This document shows positions 52,330 to 60,290 of a DNA stretch of 64,000 nucleotides, piece by piece. The stretch lies in the IMG/VR virus record IMGVR_UViG_3300028486_000080, positions 80,199 through 144,198 of that record; one strand, given 5' to 3'. The position numbers were made by a program, and so were the translations under genes. This DNA is from a virus. Taxonomy: Duplodnaviria; Heunggongvirae; Uroviricota; Caudoviricetes. Position 1 is the first letter of the stretch. Each line of letters opens with the position of its first letter. The notes below the pieces were generated by a model. That model saw only the letters and a program-made list of their open reading frames with translations, did no database searches and had not been told where the DNA came from.

Positions 52330-53142
52330 TTAGCGACAAGTCACGACGCGTCTAAGTAGTGCGTTCAACGGAGCTTCCGGGAACTCACGATCAGGCGCGT
52401 CGTTCTCCAGGCTCTTCAACCCGGCGAGCATGTGCGTAACCCATTCTTCGATGAGTGGGTAAGGCGCAACCTGTGCACCTTCGAATGCTTGATGCTTGCG
52501 GTTCTTCCAGTCTTCAATCTCAGCAAGCACCGGAGCACCAATGCCTTCCACCTCGCGCAGCAATTGATTGAAACCTACAGGTGGAATTTTCCACTCGTGT
52601 TGTACCATCCACAGGGCAGCGAGGATCGGACGAAGAACGTAGACGTACTTCTTCACCGAAATGTTCTTGCCGAAATTACCTTCACCGAACTCGCGATTGG
52701 TCAGCGCGACGTAGTGCTTCATCAGACGAAAGGCTGAGTAGTGCTTCTCTATAGCCTCACGTAGTCCGATGATGAAAATGTTGCTGCCATCCACATAGCG
52801 AGTGTCGCAGAACAACCACTCGATCAGCGATGGGTTGGAAGCTTTTGCCAGCGTCATCGTCTTGAAAATGTCCCACCCAGAGAGATCGTATGGAAAGTCC
52901 ATCTTCTCCAACGTAGGAGGCGGAGCCGACATCTGGAGGTAACGCTGCGCAGGAGCCGTGAAGATGAAGCGCACATCATAGTCGCTGTCAGGCGAAGCTA
53001 AGCCCCACGCCCGACTGCCGCTTTCAACAGCATAGAGCACGCTCACACCGTTCTCGGTCTCTATATCAGTCAGCATCAACTTGATGCGGGCTTCTGGCGT
53101 CAACATAGTTTGGTCTCCCGACCAGTTTGATTTGGAGAGCAC
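52330..53142 (-). CDS. Pol-beta superfamily nucleotidyltransferase (COG3541-like)
   Basis: LYAVESGSRAWGLASPDSDYDVRFIF = GS-x9-13-[DE]h[DE]h nucleotidyltransferase motif; 270 aa; flanked on both sides by tRNA genes. Confidence 0.55.
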   Translation of the reverse strand: MLSKSNWSGDQTMLTPEARIKLMLTDIETENGVSVLYAVESGSRAWGLASPDSDYDVRFIFTAPAQRYLQMSAPPPTLEKMDFPYDLSGWDIFKTMTLAKASNPSLIEWLFCDTRYVDGSNIFIIGLREAIEKHYSAFRLMKHYVALTNREFGEGNFGKNISVKKYVYVLRPILAALWMVQHEWKIPPVGFNQLLREVEGIGAPVLAEIEDWKNRKHQAFEGAQVAPYPLIEEWVTHMLAGLKSLENDAPDREFPEAPLNALLRRVVTCR

Positions 53143-53209
53143 GGTTGGATTCGAACCAACGGCATCCAGCTTCGGAAGCTGGCACTCTAGTCCGCTGAGC
53201 TACGTGCCC
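53133..53209 (-). tRNA. tRNA-Arg(CCG)
   Basis: acceptor gggcacg/cgtgctc; anticodon arm ccagc-ttCCGaa-gctgg; T-arm gttgg-ttcgaat-ccaac. Confidence 0.6.
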
Positions 53210-53365
53210 ATAAAGAAACCCTCGACAGATCGATCCCTTGGGGGCTGTCGAGGGTTCCAACGACTAACCAGGGGTTGACCTATCGCATTTGATCGCTCCC
53301 TATACTGTTACAGATACAGGGAGGCTAGTCCAGCTATAGGCTGGAGGCAAGCTTAATTCGGATTT

Positions 53366-53442
53366 TGGAGGACACGGCAGGATTCGAACCTGCAACCTCA
53401 TGCTTCGTAGGCAAGCGCTCTGTCCAATTGAGCTACGTGTCC
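53366..53442 (-). tRNA. tRNA-Arg(ACG)
   Basis: acceptor ggacacg/cgtgtcc; anticodon loop ctACGaa; T-arm gcagg-ttcgaat-cctgc. Confidence 0.55.
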
Positions 53443-53510
53443 GCTGGTCGCGTCCACGTCTCAGGTGGACACGTTAAATTCGCTGTGCTCTACGTCGCCG
53501 GGTCATAAGT

Positions 53511-53861
53511 TCATTCCTTAGGCAGGGCAGTGAAGCCTATTGTGAAGTCAGGGCTAGCCATGTACGCCTCAGCCACCTCTCGAAAGAAGGCGGCAGCAGC
53601 CGTGTTGATGGCAGCAATCTGATGACAGTATATATCAAGCTTAATTGTGGCTTTGTCAAGGGGGAAAGTGCCACCAATCTGATGAATCTTCTTATAATCC
53701 TTCGTGACCTTGCAGAATAAGGTCCACTGCCCTTCTACGATCCCCTCGTTGACTACCCAGAATTTGGGCCAGAGTTCGTATTCTGGTCCTCTCGCGTCGG
53801 CTCCAGTGGCAACTCCATCTGATCGTCTACGTCCGCCCCCGTTGTTCCCAGCGCTTCCCAT
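53511..53861 (-). CDS. hypothetical protein
   Basis: 116 aa ORF. Confidence 0.35.
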   Translation of the reverse strand: MGSAGNNGGGRRRSDGVATGADARGPEYELWPKFWVVNEGIVEGQWTLFCKVTKDYKKIHQIGGTFPLDKATIKLDIYCHQIAAINTAAAAFFREVAEAYMASPDFTIGFTALPKE

Positions 53862-54123
53862 CCGAATACCTCACTTCTGGGAACCCACACACGGTGATGT
53901 CCCATATCTGTTTCTCGCCCCAGATCAACTAGCACCTCATCATCGCGATACCCAACCGGGTACCCTATGTCGATGCACCCCTCCTTGATCGAACGACGAT
54001 CCACGACCACACTTTCGAACGCAGGACCGAACTCATCGTCCGCCAGTTTGATATCGACATGAACTTCGGCGATGGGATGCGCGAATGGACTACGCCGTTC
54101 GTTGTGCACTCTTAGCCACATGG

Positions 54124-54762
54124 TCAGACTCGCTTCTTCGCCATGTTCTCAGCGATGTTTTCAGGATGCCACTGACAGGTGTAGGACGGGTAGTAGTCGT
54201 CCGCATGATCAGTTCCCACACGCAGGATCAGTAGATCATTACGGCGGTCACGAAACTCCAGACCATCAGCCTGTTCATTACGTCCCAGATACTCACTCAC
54301 CGTCCAGCGAGTGATACGCACCGGGACGTTGATGTAATCGATGCGATCCGCGAACTGGTATAAGGAGCCTGGGATGACCATCGGTTGGTTACACGATGAG
54401 CGGTATCCATCGCTTGGGTCTTCGAAGATGAAGACCGACACGTCATCAAGATCGAGCGCTACACCATGAGCGTGCGGATCAAACGGATGGTGCACATCGG
54501 TACGGATCGCCCGCAGCGTGCGATCACCAACAAGAGCATCCCAAGTGGACATCACAGCCATAGCTTTGCCCCGATCATTCCAATGGCTAAGCCATACAGT
54601 ATGATGAGCAGGTAGCGCATGGTCGTGCACTTCCAACACGGAGGGCAAGATACCTCTTGCCCGGTTACTAGTTCCCACAGGCATACGTGCGCCCACAGGA
54701 AGATAGAGAACCAATGTGCGATGAAGTTCCAGATGGCTCCGAGACCGAACATGGTCAGCCAA
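54124..54762 (-). CDS. hypothetical protein (N-terminus uncertain)
   Basis: 212 aa ORF; N-terminal part overlaps a membrane-protein ORF, so the true start may be internal. Confidence 0.4.
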   Translation of the reverse strand: MADHVRSRSHLELHRTLVLYLPVGARMPVGTSNRARGILPSVLEVHDHALPAHHTVWLSHWNDRGKAMAVMSTWDALVGDRTLRAIRTDVHHPFDPHAHGVALDLDDVSVFIFEDPSDGYRSSCNQPMVIPGSLYQFADRIDYINVPVRITRWTVSEYLGRNEQADGLEFRDRRNDLLILRVGTDHADDYYPSYTCQWHPENIAENMAKKRV

Positions 54763-54809
54763 CGCAACGACTCAGATGTCTTTTTCCAATCCATCAGAAC
54801 CAATTCCAA
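54552..54809 (-). CDS. small two-helix membrane protein (holin/spanin candidate)
   Basis: 85 aa with two hydrophobic helices; directly downstream of the spanin-like and endolysin genes. Confidence 0.35.
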   Translation of the reverse strand: MELVLMDWKKTSESLRWLTMFGLGAIWNFIAHWFSIFLWAHVCLWELVTGQEVSCPPCWKCTTMRYLLIILYGLAIGMIGAKLWL

Positions 54810-55198
54810 GGTAGAGCTTTGCTGAAGTCGGGATACTCAAACGGGGGCACCGGATCGGTGTCTGTGCGGTTGGGCTGCCCTTGCGGATTAGGCGGAGCGA
54901 GCGGGGAGTTGTTGAATGGATCGAACTTCTGCGGCACCTCATCAGGATTGCTGACCCAGCGCTTAATCTGCGCCTTACAGGTTGAGGCATCGATAGCTGC
55001 GTCTCGCCGCTCAATCATTCGCTTGTAGGAAGCTAGGCGACCGTCGTATTTTTTAAGCTCAGCTTTGAGTTCCGCGATCTCGGTAGCCATCTTCGAGTAG
55101 TTGTTCACAAATGCCCAACCGAAAGTCGCAACAAAGATCACCAGCAGGGCAATGCCGCCGTACTTGATCGTCTGCCACCAGTTAAGCACACCAAACAT
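54794..55198 (-). CDS. i-spanin-like protein (N-terminal TM plus coiled coil)
   Basis: TM helix GGIALLVIFVATFGWAFV, coiled coil MATEIAELKAELKKYDGRLASYKRMIERRDAAI, Pro-rich tail; adjacent to the endolysin. Confidence 0.45.
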   Translation of the reverse strand: MFGVLNWWQTIKYGGIALLVIFVATFGWAFVNNYSKMATEIAELKAELKKYDGRLASYKRMIERRDAAIDASTCKAQIKRWVSNPDEVPQKFDPFNNSPLAPPNPQGQPNRTDTDPVPPFEYPDFSKALPWNWF

Positions 55199-55244
55199 GA
55201 TTAATCTCCTATGGTATTAAGGTTACCCTATTAGGTAAAAAATG

Positions 55245-55964
55245 TCAAACCCGTTTTATGAAGGTGTCGTGCACCCATCCCATCGCATAGTCTTGACTCT
55301 CTTTCTGGTAGCTGATTAGCCGCCAGTCCCCGTCCTCCCGGAGAACTGTTACACCGTCTCCTTTGTCGAGCGTGTCTATGTAATCAAACTCAGCCGATGG
55401 ACCCGCATACGTTCTGATATGCCCTGTAACGACATAGCGCCCCAGAGAGTTAGCATTTCCTAGCTGAACGAACTGACGATATCGGTGGATAGGGAACTCA
55501 ATCGTAGGGTCGTAGTAGTGGCGCTCTACAGGTGTTGCATCGTACGCCGTAATTATATCTCGGATGCGGTAGGTTTCAACGATGAGGGGAGTTATAGCGT
55601 CCAGAACTTCTAGCTGGGAATCGGTAAATCCGTTATCCTCAGTGCTCTCTAATTGAATACCGATGGACACACTGTTGAGTCCCGAGTAACCCTGCCAATA
55701 GGACGCCCCACAGTGCCACGCTCTTTCATTCAATAGACAGCGTTGATATATTTCTCCCGTGCGCGCAATCTGGATATGCGGACAGGACTTTGTAGCGTCC
55801 TCCATATAATCCCACGCATACTGTAGTGTGTGTTGGATCGCATGGAATACGAGAAACTTCGGGTTGATGATAGAATCGTGCGTGTAGTTTTTGGTCGGGA
55901 AGTAACCCGCACCGATGAGTCTATCATCCTTGATTGTAAAATTTGTTTTCATGTGCAGAACCAT
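55245..55964 (-). CDS. N-acetylmuramoyl-L-alanine amidase endolysin (Amidase_2/PGRP fold)
   Basis: AWHCGASYWQGYSGLNSVSIGIQLE matches the Amidase_2 zinc-site region; C-terminal beta-rich binding-like domain. Confidence 0.7.
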   Translation of the reverse strand: MVLHMKTNFTIKDDRLIGAGYFPTKNYTHDSIINPKFLVFHAIQHTLQYAWDYMEDATKSCPHIQIARTGEIYQRCLLNERAWHCGASYWQGYSGLNSVSIGIQLESTEDNGFTDSQLEVLDAITPLIVETYRIRDIITAYDATPVERHYYDPTIEFPIHRYRQFVQLGNANSLGRYVVTGHIRTYAGPSAEFDYIDTLDKGDGVTVLREDGDWRLISYQKESQDYAMGWVHDTFIKRV

Positions 55965-56713
55965 GGCGTCTCCACGGGGACATCATCGTCCACCGTGATC
56001 GTGTAGCACGGTGCCTTGGCTTCCTTGCCTGCCAGCGGAAACAACTTGAGATCATTGTACAGCGAACTACCCTCGAACACCGTATCGTATGCCTTACACT
56101 TTTCAACGAAAGCCGTATTGAAAGGACCATGCGGTTGGATGATGGCTGTAGAAGCAAGACCACTTAGCGCCTCCTCAAGATCAGTCGAGAAGTTGCCGTT
56201 AATAAGCTTCGCGGCGAAGCATGATGGACGATGGCGCTCGATAATGATCTTGAGCACTGTTTTTTCCCGCTGAGACAACAACCCAGCGGTGGCTGAGGCT
56301 TCTAACAGAGGGAGAATTTGCGCAGGGTTTTTGGGTGCCAGAAAGATACCGGTGTTGTCCCCGTCAAGAGCCTCTGCTACAGCGTCATCGATTGATAGCT
56401 TACGCTGCGGCATCCGTACGTAGAAGTCCTCGTTAATGTCTGCAACAAAGCGGCGCTTCCAACGCGCATCGCCTTTCGCTCGACAGTATACAGTATGGTC
56501 CTCTCCAAACGCTAACGCCTCACCGTTGATCGTGCGGAAGATTCGACGGGGCTTATCCTCAGGCGTCGATACTGTTGCCTCGTGCTCTTGCCCATACCAA
56601 TCCACGACTTTGAATTTTGGTGGCAACTCTTCCACAGGCACGAGCTTAGATAGTGTGCTGCCTTCGGTTAGAGCACGCACCTTTGTAAGACGTGTAAGCG
56701 ATAGCTCTGCCAT
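55949..56713 (-). CDS. hypothetical virion-associated protein
   Basis: 254 aa in the tail-gene operon. Confidence 0.4.
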   Translation of the reverse strand: MAELSLTRLTKVRALTEGSTLSKLVPVEELPPKFKVVDWYGQEHEATVSTPEDKPRRIFRTINGEALAFGEDHTVYCRAKGDARWKRRFVADINEDFYVRMPQRKLSIDDAVAEALDGDNTGIFLAPKNPAQILPLLEASATAGLLSQREKTVLKIIIERHRPSCFAAKLINGNFSTDLEEALSGLASTAIIQPHGPFNTAFVEKCKAYDTVFEGSSLYNDLKLFPLAGKEAKAPCYTITVDDDVPVETPWFCT

Positions 56714-57453
56714 TAGAGTCTCTTACCCAGAAGTGTGAACGAAATACCAGCAGCCGTAGCGTCAGGTGTGGCGGGGGCTTCGAGTGTCAACACATCACCA
56801 TACTCAAAGAGAACTTCATCTGCGGTAGTTACGAACGTGAACGTTCCATCTGTAGCAATAGTGATAGTACCGACGGGTGTTCCATTCTTGTTGACAATGA
56901 TTTCGAACGATGCCGTAGGATCGGTCCCTACGCTTCCAACAGAGCCGAGGAAGTCATTCTGGTATTCCACCGACTCAACAAAATTGTATCGGAGCATAAT
57001 ATCGGATGCTCCAGGTGTGCCAAATGAATAGGCTCCTACCGTGTGAGGAGGGTTTGCTGCCAGAGCGATGACATCCTCGAAATCGATAAGAACCAGCTTA
57101 GAAGAGAATGGAGGGATGACCGAAACCGCCTGAGTACCTGAGGTCTGAAGGGTAACAGAGAAAGCCTCTTCATTCGTTACCGCGATTATGCGCTTCGTTT
57201 GAAGCGGTGTGGTATCCTCAATCTCGGAAGGAAACGTCAGAGTTACATCGCCGCTATGCCCGGATACACGCAGTGCGCCATAGCGCAGCATATCTAGCAA
57301 ATTGACCGCGATAGTGCCTCCTGCGGACGCATCAAATTCTAGAGGCTCATTAAAGGCAGACTCTAGGGCAGCCACACCGTCGTTGACCGTCTGGAACGCG
57401 TTTGTCTGGTTGGGTGCCAACTCATTAATGAGTAGGATTATGCTCTGTCCCAT
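56713..57453 (-). CDS. tail-associated protein (beta-rich)
   Basis: 246 aa, T/S/G-rich; ATGA overlap with both neighbours. Confidence 0.4.
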   Translation of the reverse strand: MGQSIILLINELAPNQTNAFQTVNDGVAALESAFNEPLEFDASAGGTIAVNLLDMLRYGALRVSGHSGDVTLTFPSEIEDTTPLQTKRIIAVTNEEAFSVTLQTSGTQAVSVIPPFSSKLVLIDFEDVIALAANPPHTVGAYSFGTPGASDIMLRYNFVESVEYQNDFLGSVGSVGTDPTASFEIIVNKNGTPVGTITIATDGTFTFVTTADEVLFEYGDVLTLEAPATPDATAAGISFTLLGKRL

Positions 57454-57454
57454 A

Positions 57455-59611
57455 TTAGTTTCCTCTCAAGAATTCGATGACACGCTGCTGCCCTGGAAGA
57501 TAAGGCTCGGCACGCATGTTGTGGGTATTACCGAAGAAGTCAGCGCAGCGCGGTAATGTCTTGTCACATCCAGGAGCGTAGACAAATTTGTCTCCTACTT
57601 GGATGTCATATGGTAGCTTCTCGTAAAGCTTTGCTACCTTTGATGTGTTGTCCCATACGCGAATAAAGCTGGTGCGCCCAGCGTTGTTACCAGACAGCCA
57701 AACAATCTTACCGCTATAGAAGAGTGTGGATGTGATGCTTAGTCCAACAATTTCGAACGTCTTCTTGTCAGTAACATCACTTACCTCATCGAAGCCAAAG
57801 TGCGGCTGTCTACACTGTACAACCGCAGCGCCGTCTACCGTATAGTCGTTCAGGTCAAAATCATACGTCGGCTCTTCATCCGCAAGTAGACCATAATCAG
57901 GGTCGTTTACATGCTCATATGCCGTCACAATAAAATGCATCTTGGCATCATCAAACACGACGTTCGCGGCTGAGTCTCCGCGTGCATAAAGCGTGATGCG
58001 CATCTTTGCCGAGCCAGCGGGTGCACGTCCGCCAGCACGCAACGTATACCACTCGCCTGTTGGACTAGTCGTATCGTATCCAGAGTCGTAGGTTGCCAAG
58101 ATACTGTTCGAAGAGTTCAAGAACTCCAATGTAATGCGTGGATCACTATCAGTGTCAATGCGTGCAACTTTAACGGACGCCTCACCATAGTACCAACCAG
58201 CCGTTAGATTGTCAGATGTGGGTGATCCTGGGATGTTCTTAGTCTGTGATAGCTGATAGACTTGGTTTGGGTTGCCGCTGCCGTTATTACCTCCTCCGAG
58301 AATATACGAACCAGCCTGAGGAGTGAGCCCACCAAATGTCGTTCCAACTTTCCAATACGAGCCTCCGCCAAAAGTCCACCCCGAGATACCGCTAGTACCG
58401 TTGCTAACAGCCCCGTTGGACTCAAAGCTAGGGTTATCCATGTTGATGGCTTCGTTTGCTCCCCGCGCTGGTAGACGCATAGTTCTGAAGACTCGATTGC
58501 TGAATGATGCAACATCATTCTCCCAATAGCGTAGAACTATCTGATCGAAGGCAACTGTGGCAGCAGAGCCTTCGATACGCCGCGCGCGGATGCCGATACG
58601 CACGTGACGCGTGCCGGGAAGCATGAAGGCAGCTACACCTATACCCTCCCATACTTGATATTCCGGTTGGATGTAGTCTGATGTCTGAACCTGAAGCGTG
58701 TTACCACTGTCATCGAACTGTTCCAGGTACACCGCACCGGTATTAGCGAGCGAGGCGTTGGTGCTAGCGATAAGCCCTGACAGGTCAAGCGTATATAGCC
58801 CAGCATCCACATCAGTATCGGTGACGCCTAGGTCGGATAGATCGAAATCCTGGTACAGAACAAATTCTTCTGCGTCTCCAGTGCCGCCTTCTAGGTAGTA
58901 AGTTCCGGCTCCCGGCGTGAAATTGTCTTCCACCTTCCAGAAGGATGTGGCTCCATAAAACCACCCGGTTATCCCGGAGTTACCGTTGGCTACAGTTGAT
59001 CCGTTAGCTTCGAACCCTGGGTTGGTCACTGTTACCGGGGTGAAGTCAGTTGGAACTAGAAACCAATCAAATGTCTTCACACGCTGCCGATTGCGCCGTA
59101 TGCGCGTCGGTACATTGACAATACCACACTTCTTCCCTCCCAGGTTGACGCGACATGTCGGTGAATATTTTTCAACGATAGTCTTTTGTAGCGCTTGGGT
59201 GAGACCGCGTAGCTGAACAGTGACATTAGTCTCACTGTTGAAAGTTATGTCGCCCAGGGTTCCCTTCTTAAGCGCGATAACACCATCACTTGGGTCTTCC
59301 CAATTCACTATGACCATTTCAAATGGTGCCTGATCATACAGTCCGTTCTCGAAGTCTTCCTTTTTGAGGTAGACGCCATCGAGTACGAAATATAACTCAG
59401 CGTTATCCACGCTAAGTGTGTCAGTGCTTTGCAGGGCAGAACGGCTGTAGGACGCCTCAGCACGGTAGATATCTCCGTCTATTGTAATAGAGGAGTCGTG
59501 CGTCGTGAGGCGCACCACGCTACCATCGGTGCGGGTGATCTTCAGGCACTCGGCAAGTGACGTAACTTGCTGTGCAATATGTGTCTGAAGGGCTGAGGGT
59601 ATCGTGCGCAT
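57455..59611 (-). CDS. distal tail protein, BR0599/DUF2163 family (GTA gp13-like) with two inserted carbohydrate-binding-like modules
   Basis: N-terminus LKITRTDGSVVRLTTHDSSITIDGDIYRAEASYSRSALQSTDTLSVDNAEL and C-terminus CDKTLPRCADFFGNTHNMRAEPYLPG match DUF2163/Phage_BR0599; internal duplicated approx. 60-aa module NP(S/G)FE(S/A)NG...G(I/T)(S/T)GW..G...WKV. Confidence 0.6.
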   Translation of the reverse strand: MRTIPSALQTHIAQQVTSLAECLKITRTDGSVVRLTTHDSSITIDGDIYRAEASYSRSALQSTDTLSVDNAELYFVLDGVYLKKEDFENGLYDQAPFEMVIVNWEDPSDGVIALKKGTLGDITFNSETNVTVQLRGLTQALQKTIVEKYSPTCRVNLGGKKCGIVNVPTRIRRNRQRVKTFDWFLVPTDFTPVTVTNPGFEANGSTVANGNSGITGWFYGATSFWKVEDNFTPGAGTYYLEGGTGDAEEFVLYQDFDLSDLGVTDTDVDAGLYTLDLSGLIASTNASLANTGAVYLEQFDDSGNTLQVQTSDYIQPEYQVWEGIGVAAFMLPGTRHVRIGIRARRIEGSAATVAFDQIVLRYWENDVASFSNRVFRTMRLPARGANEAINMDNPSFESNGAVSNGTSGISGWTFGGGSYWKVGTTFGGLTPQAGSYILGGGNNGSGNPNQVYQLSQTKNIPGSPTSDNLTAGWYYGEASVKVARIDTDSDPRITLEFLNSSNSILATYDSGYDTTSPTGEWYTLRAGGRAPAGSAKMRITLYARGDSAANVVFDDAKMHFIVTAYEHVNDPDYGLLADEEPTYDFDLNDYTVDGAAVVQCRQPHFGFDEVSDVTDKKTFEIVGLSITSTLFYSGKIVWLSGNNAGRTSFIRVWDNTSKVAKLYEKLPYDIQVGDKFVYAPGCDKTLPRCADFFGNTHNMRAEPYLPGQQRVIEFLRGN

Positions 59612-60228
59612 TACGATGGGTCTTTGAGTTCTACGACATTGATGCCGTCAGATGAATTGATGCGGTGTGCTTCCCAAGATATTTCTAGTTGGTCGATATC
59701 GAAGCGGACAGGAACATCGAACTCACACGTCACCTTGATTGTGTGAGTATCGGGCGGGGGCGACACGAAAGTGATGATCCCTGTCGTATGATCAACTGTG
59801 TAGTCTGTGGTTAGCGTCTTAACGACATCGTTGACTTTGACTACGACTGTGCCGTTTACTGGCTTTTTGATGTCACGCACATAGCTGTAAATACCTACGG
59901 CATATGTCTTAGTGATCTGGAACTCGTTTTCGACACCATTGCCGGTACCGATGAGGGAATCGGTTAGCCGCCAGTCACCCCAATCGCGCATGCGAAAACC
60001 GGTGGCACGCCCACGACACACGTAGAACATGGCTAGGACGGTCTGGAAGTCGTCCTCATGACGGATTCCGTAGGACAGGTCATACTTGGCGCGAGATTTG
60101 GACCAACTAGAATTGCGCTGCTCGTATCCAGCCTCCGACTCGAAGATAGTCGTTCGAAAGCCAGGACCACCTTGTGATCCTTCCGATACTTCAATATCAA
60201 GTCGTTCCTCGATGAACGGGGTGGGCAT
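59611..60228 (-). CDS. tail protein, DUF2460 family (GTA gp12-like)
   Basis: N-terminus MPTPFIEERLDIEVSEGSQGGPGFRTTIFESEAGYEQRNSSW matches the DUF2460/TIGR02217 signature. Confidence 0.6.
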   Translation of the reverse strand: MPTPFIEERLDIEVSEGSQGGPGFRTTIFESEAGYEQRNSSWSKSRAKYDLSYGIRHEDDFQTVLAMFYVCRGRATGFRMRDWGDWRLTDSLIGTGNGVENEFQITKTYAVGIYSYVRDIKKPVNGTVVVKVNDVVKTLTTDYTVDHTTGIITFVSPPPDTHTIKVTCEFDVPVRFDIDQLEISWEAHRINSSDGINVVELKDPS

Positions 60229-60290
60229 GGCGGTCCTAGGGTGTTAAGGTTAATTTGGTAACGTTAATATATAGCCGGAAAGGCTACATG

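Noticed and set aside
53753-54121. ORF 53753..54121 (122 aa) overlapping 53511..53861 and the plus-strand ORF 53704..53988
   Set aside because: Three mutually overlapping ORFs with no motifs; I could not decide which is real, so only the outer ones are listed with low confidence.
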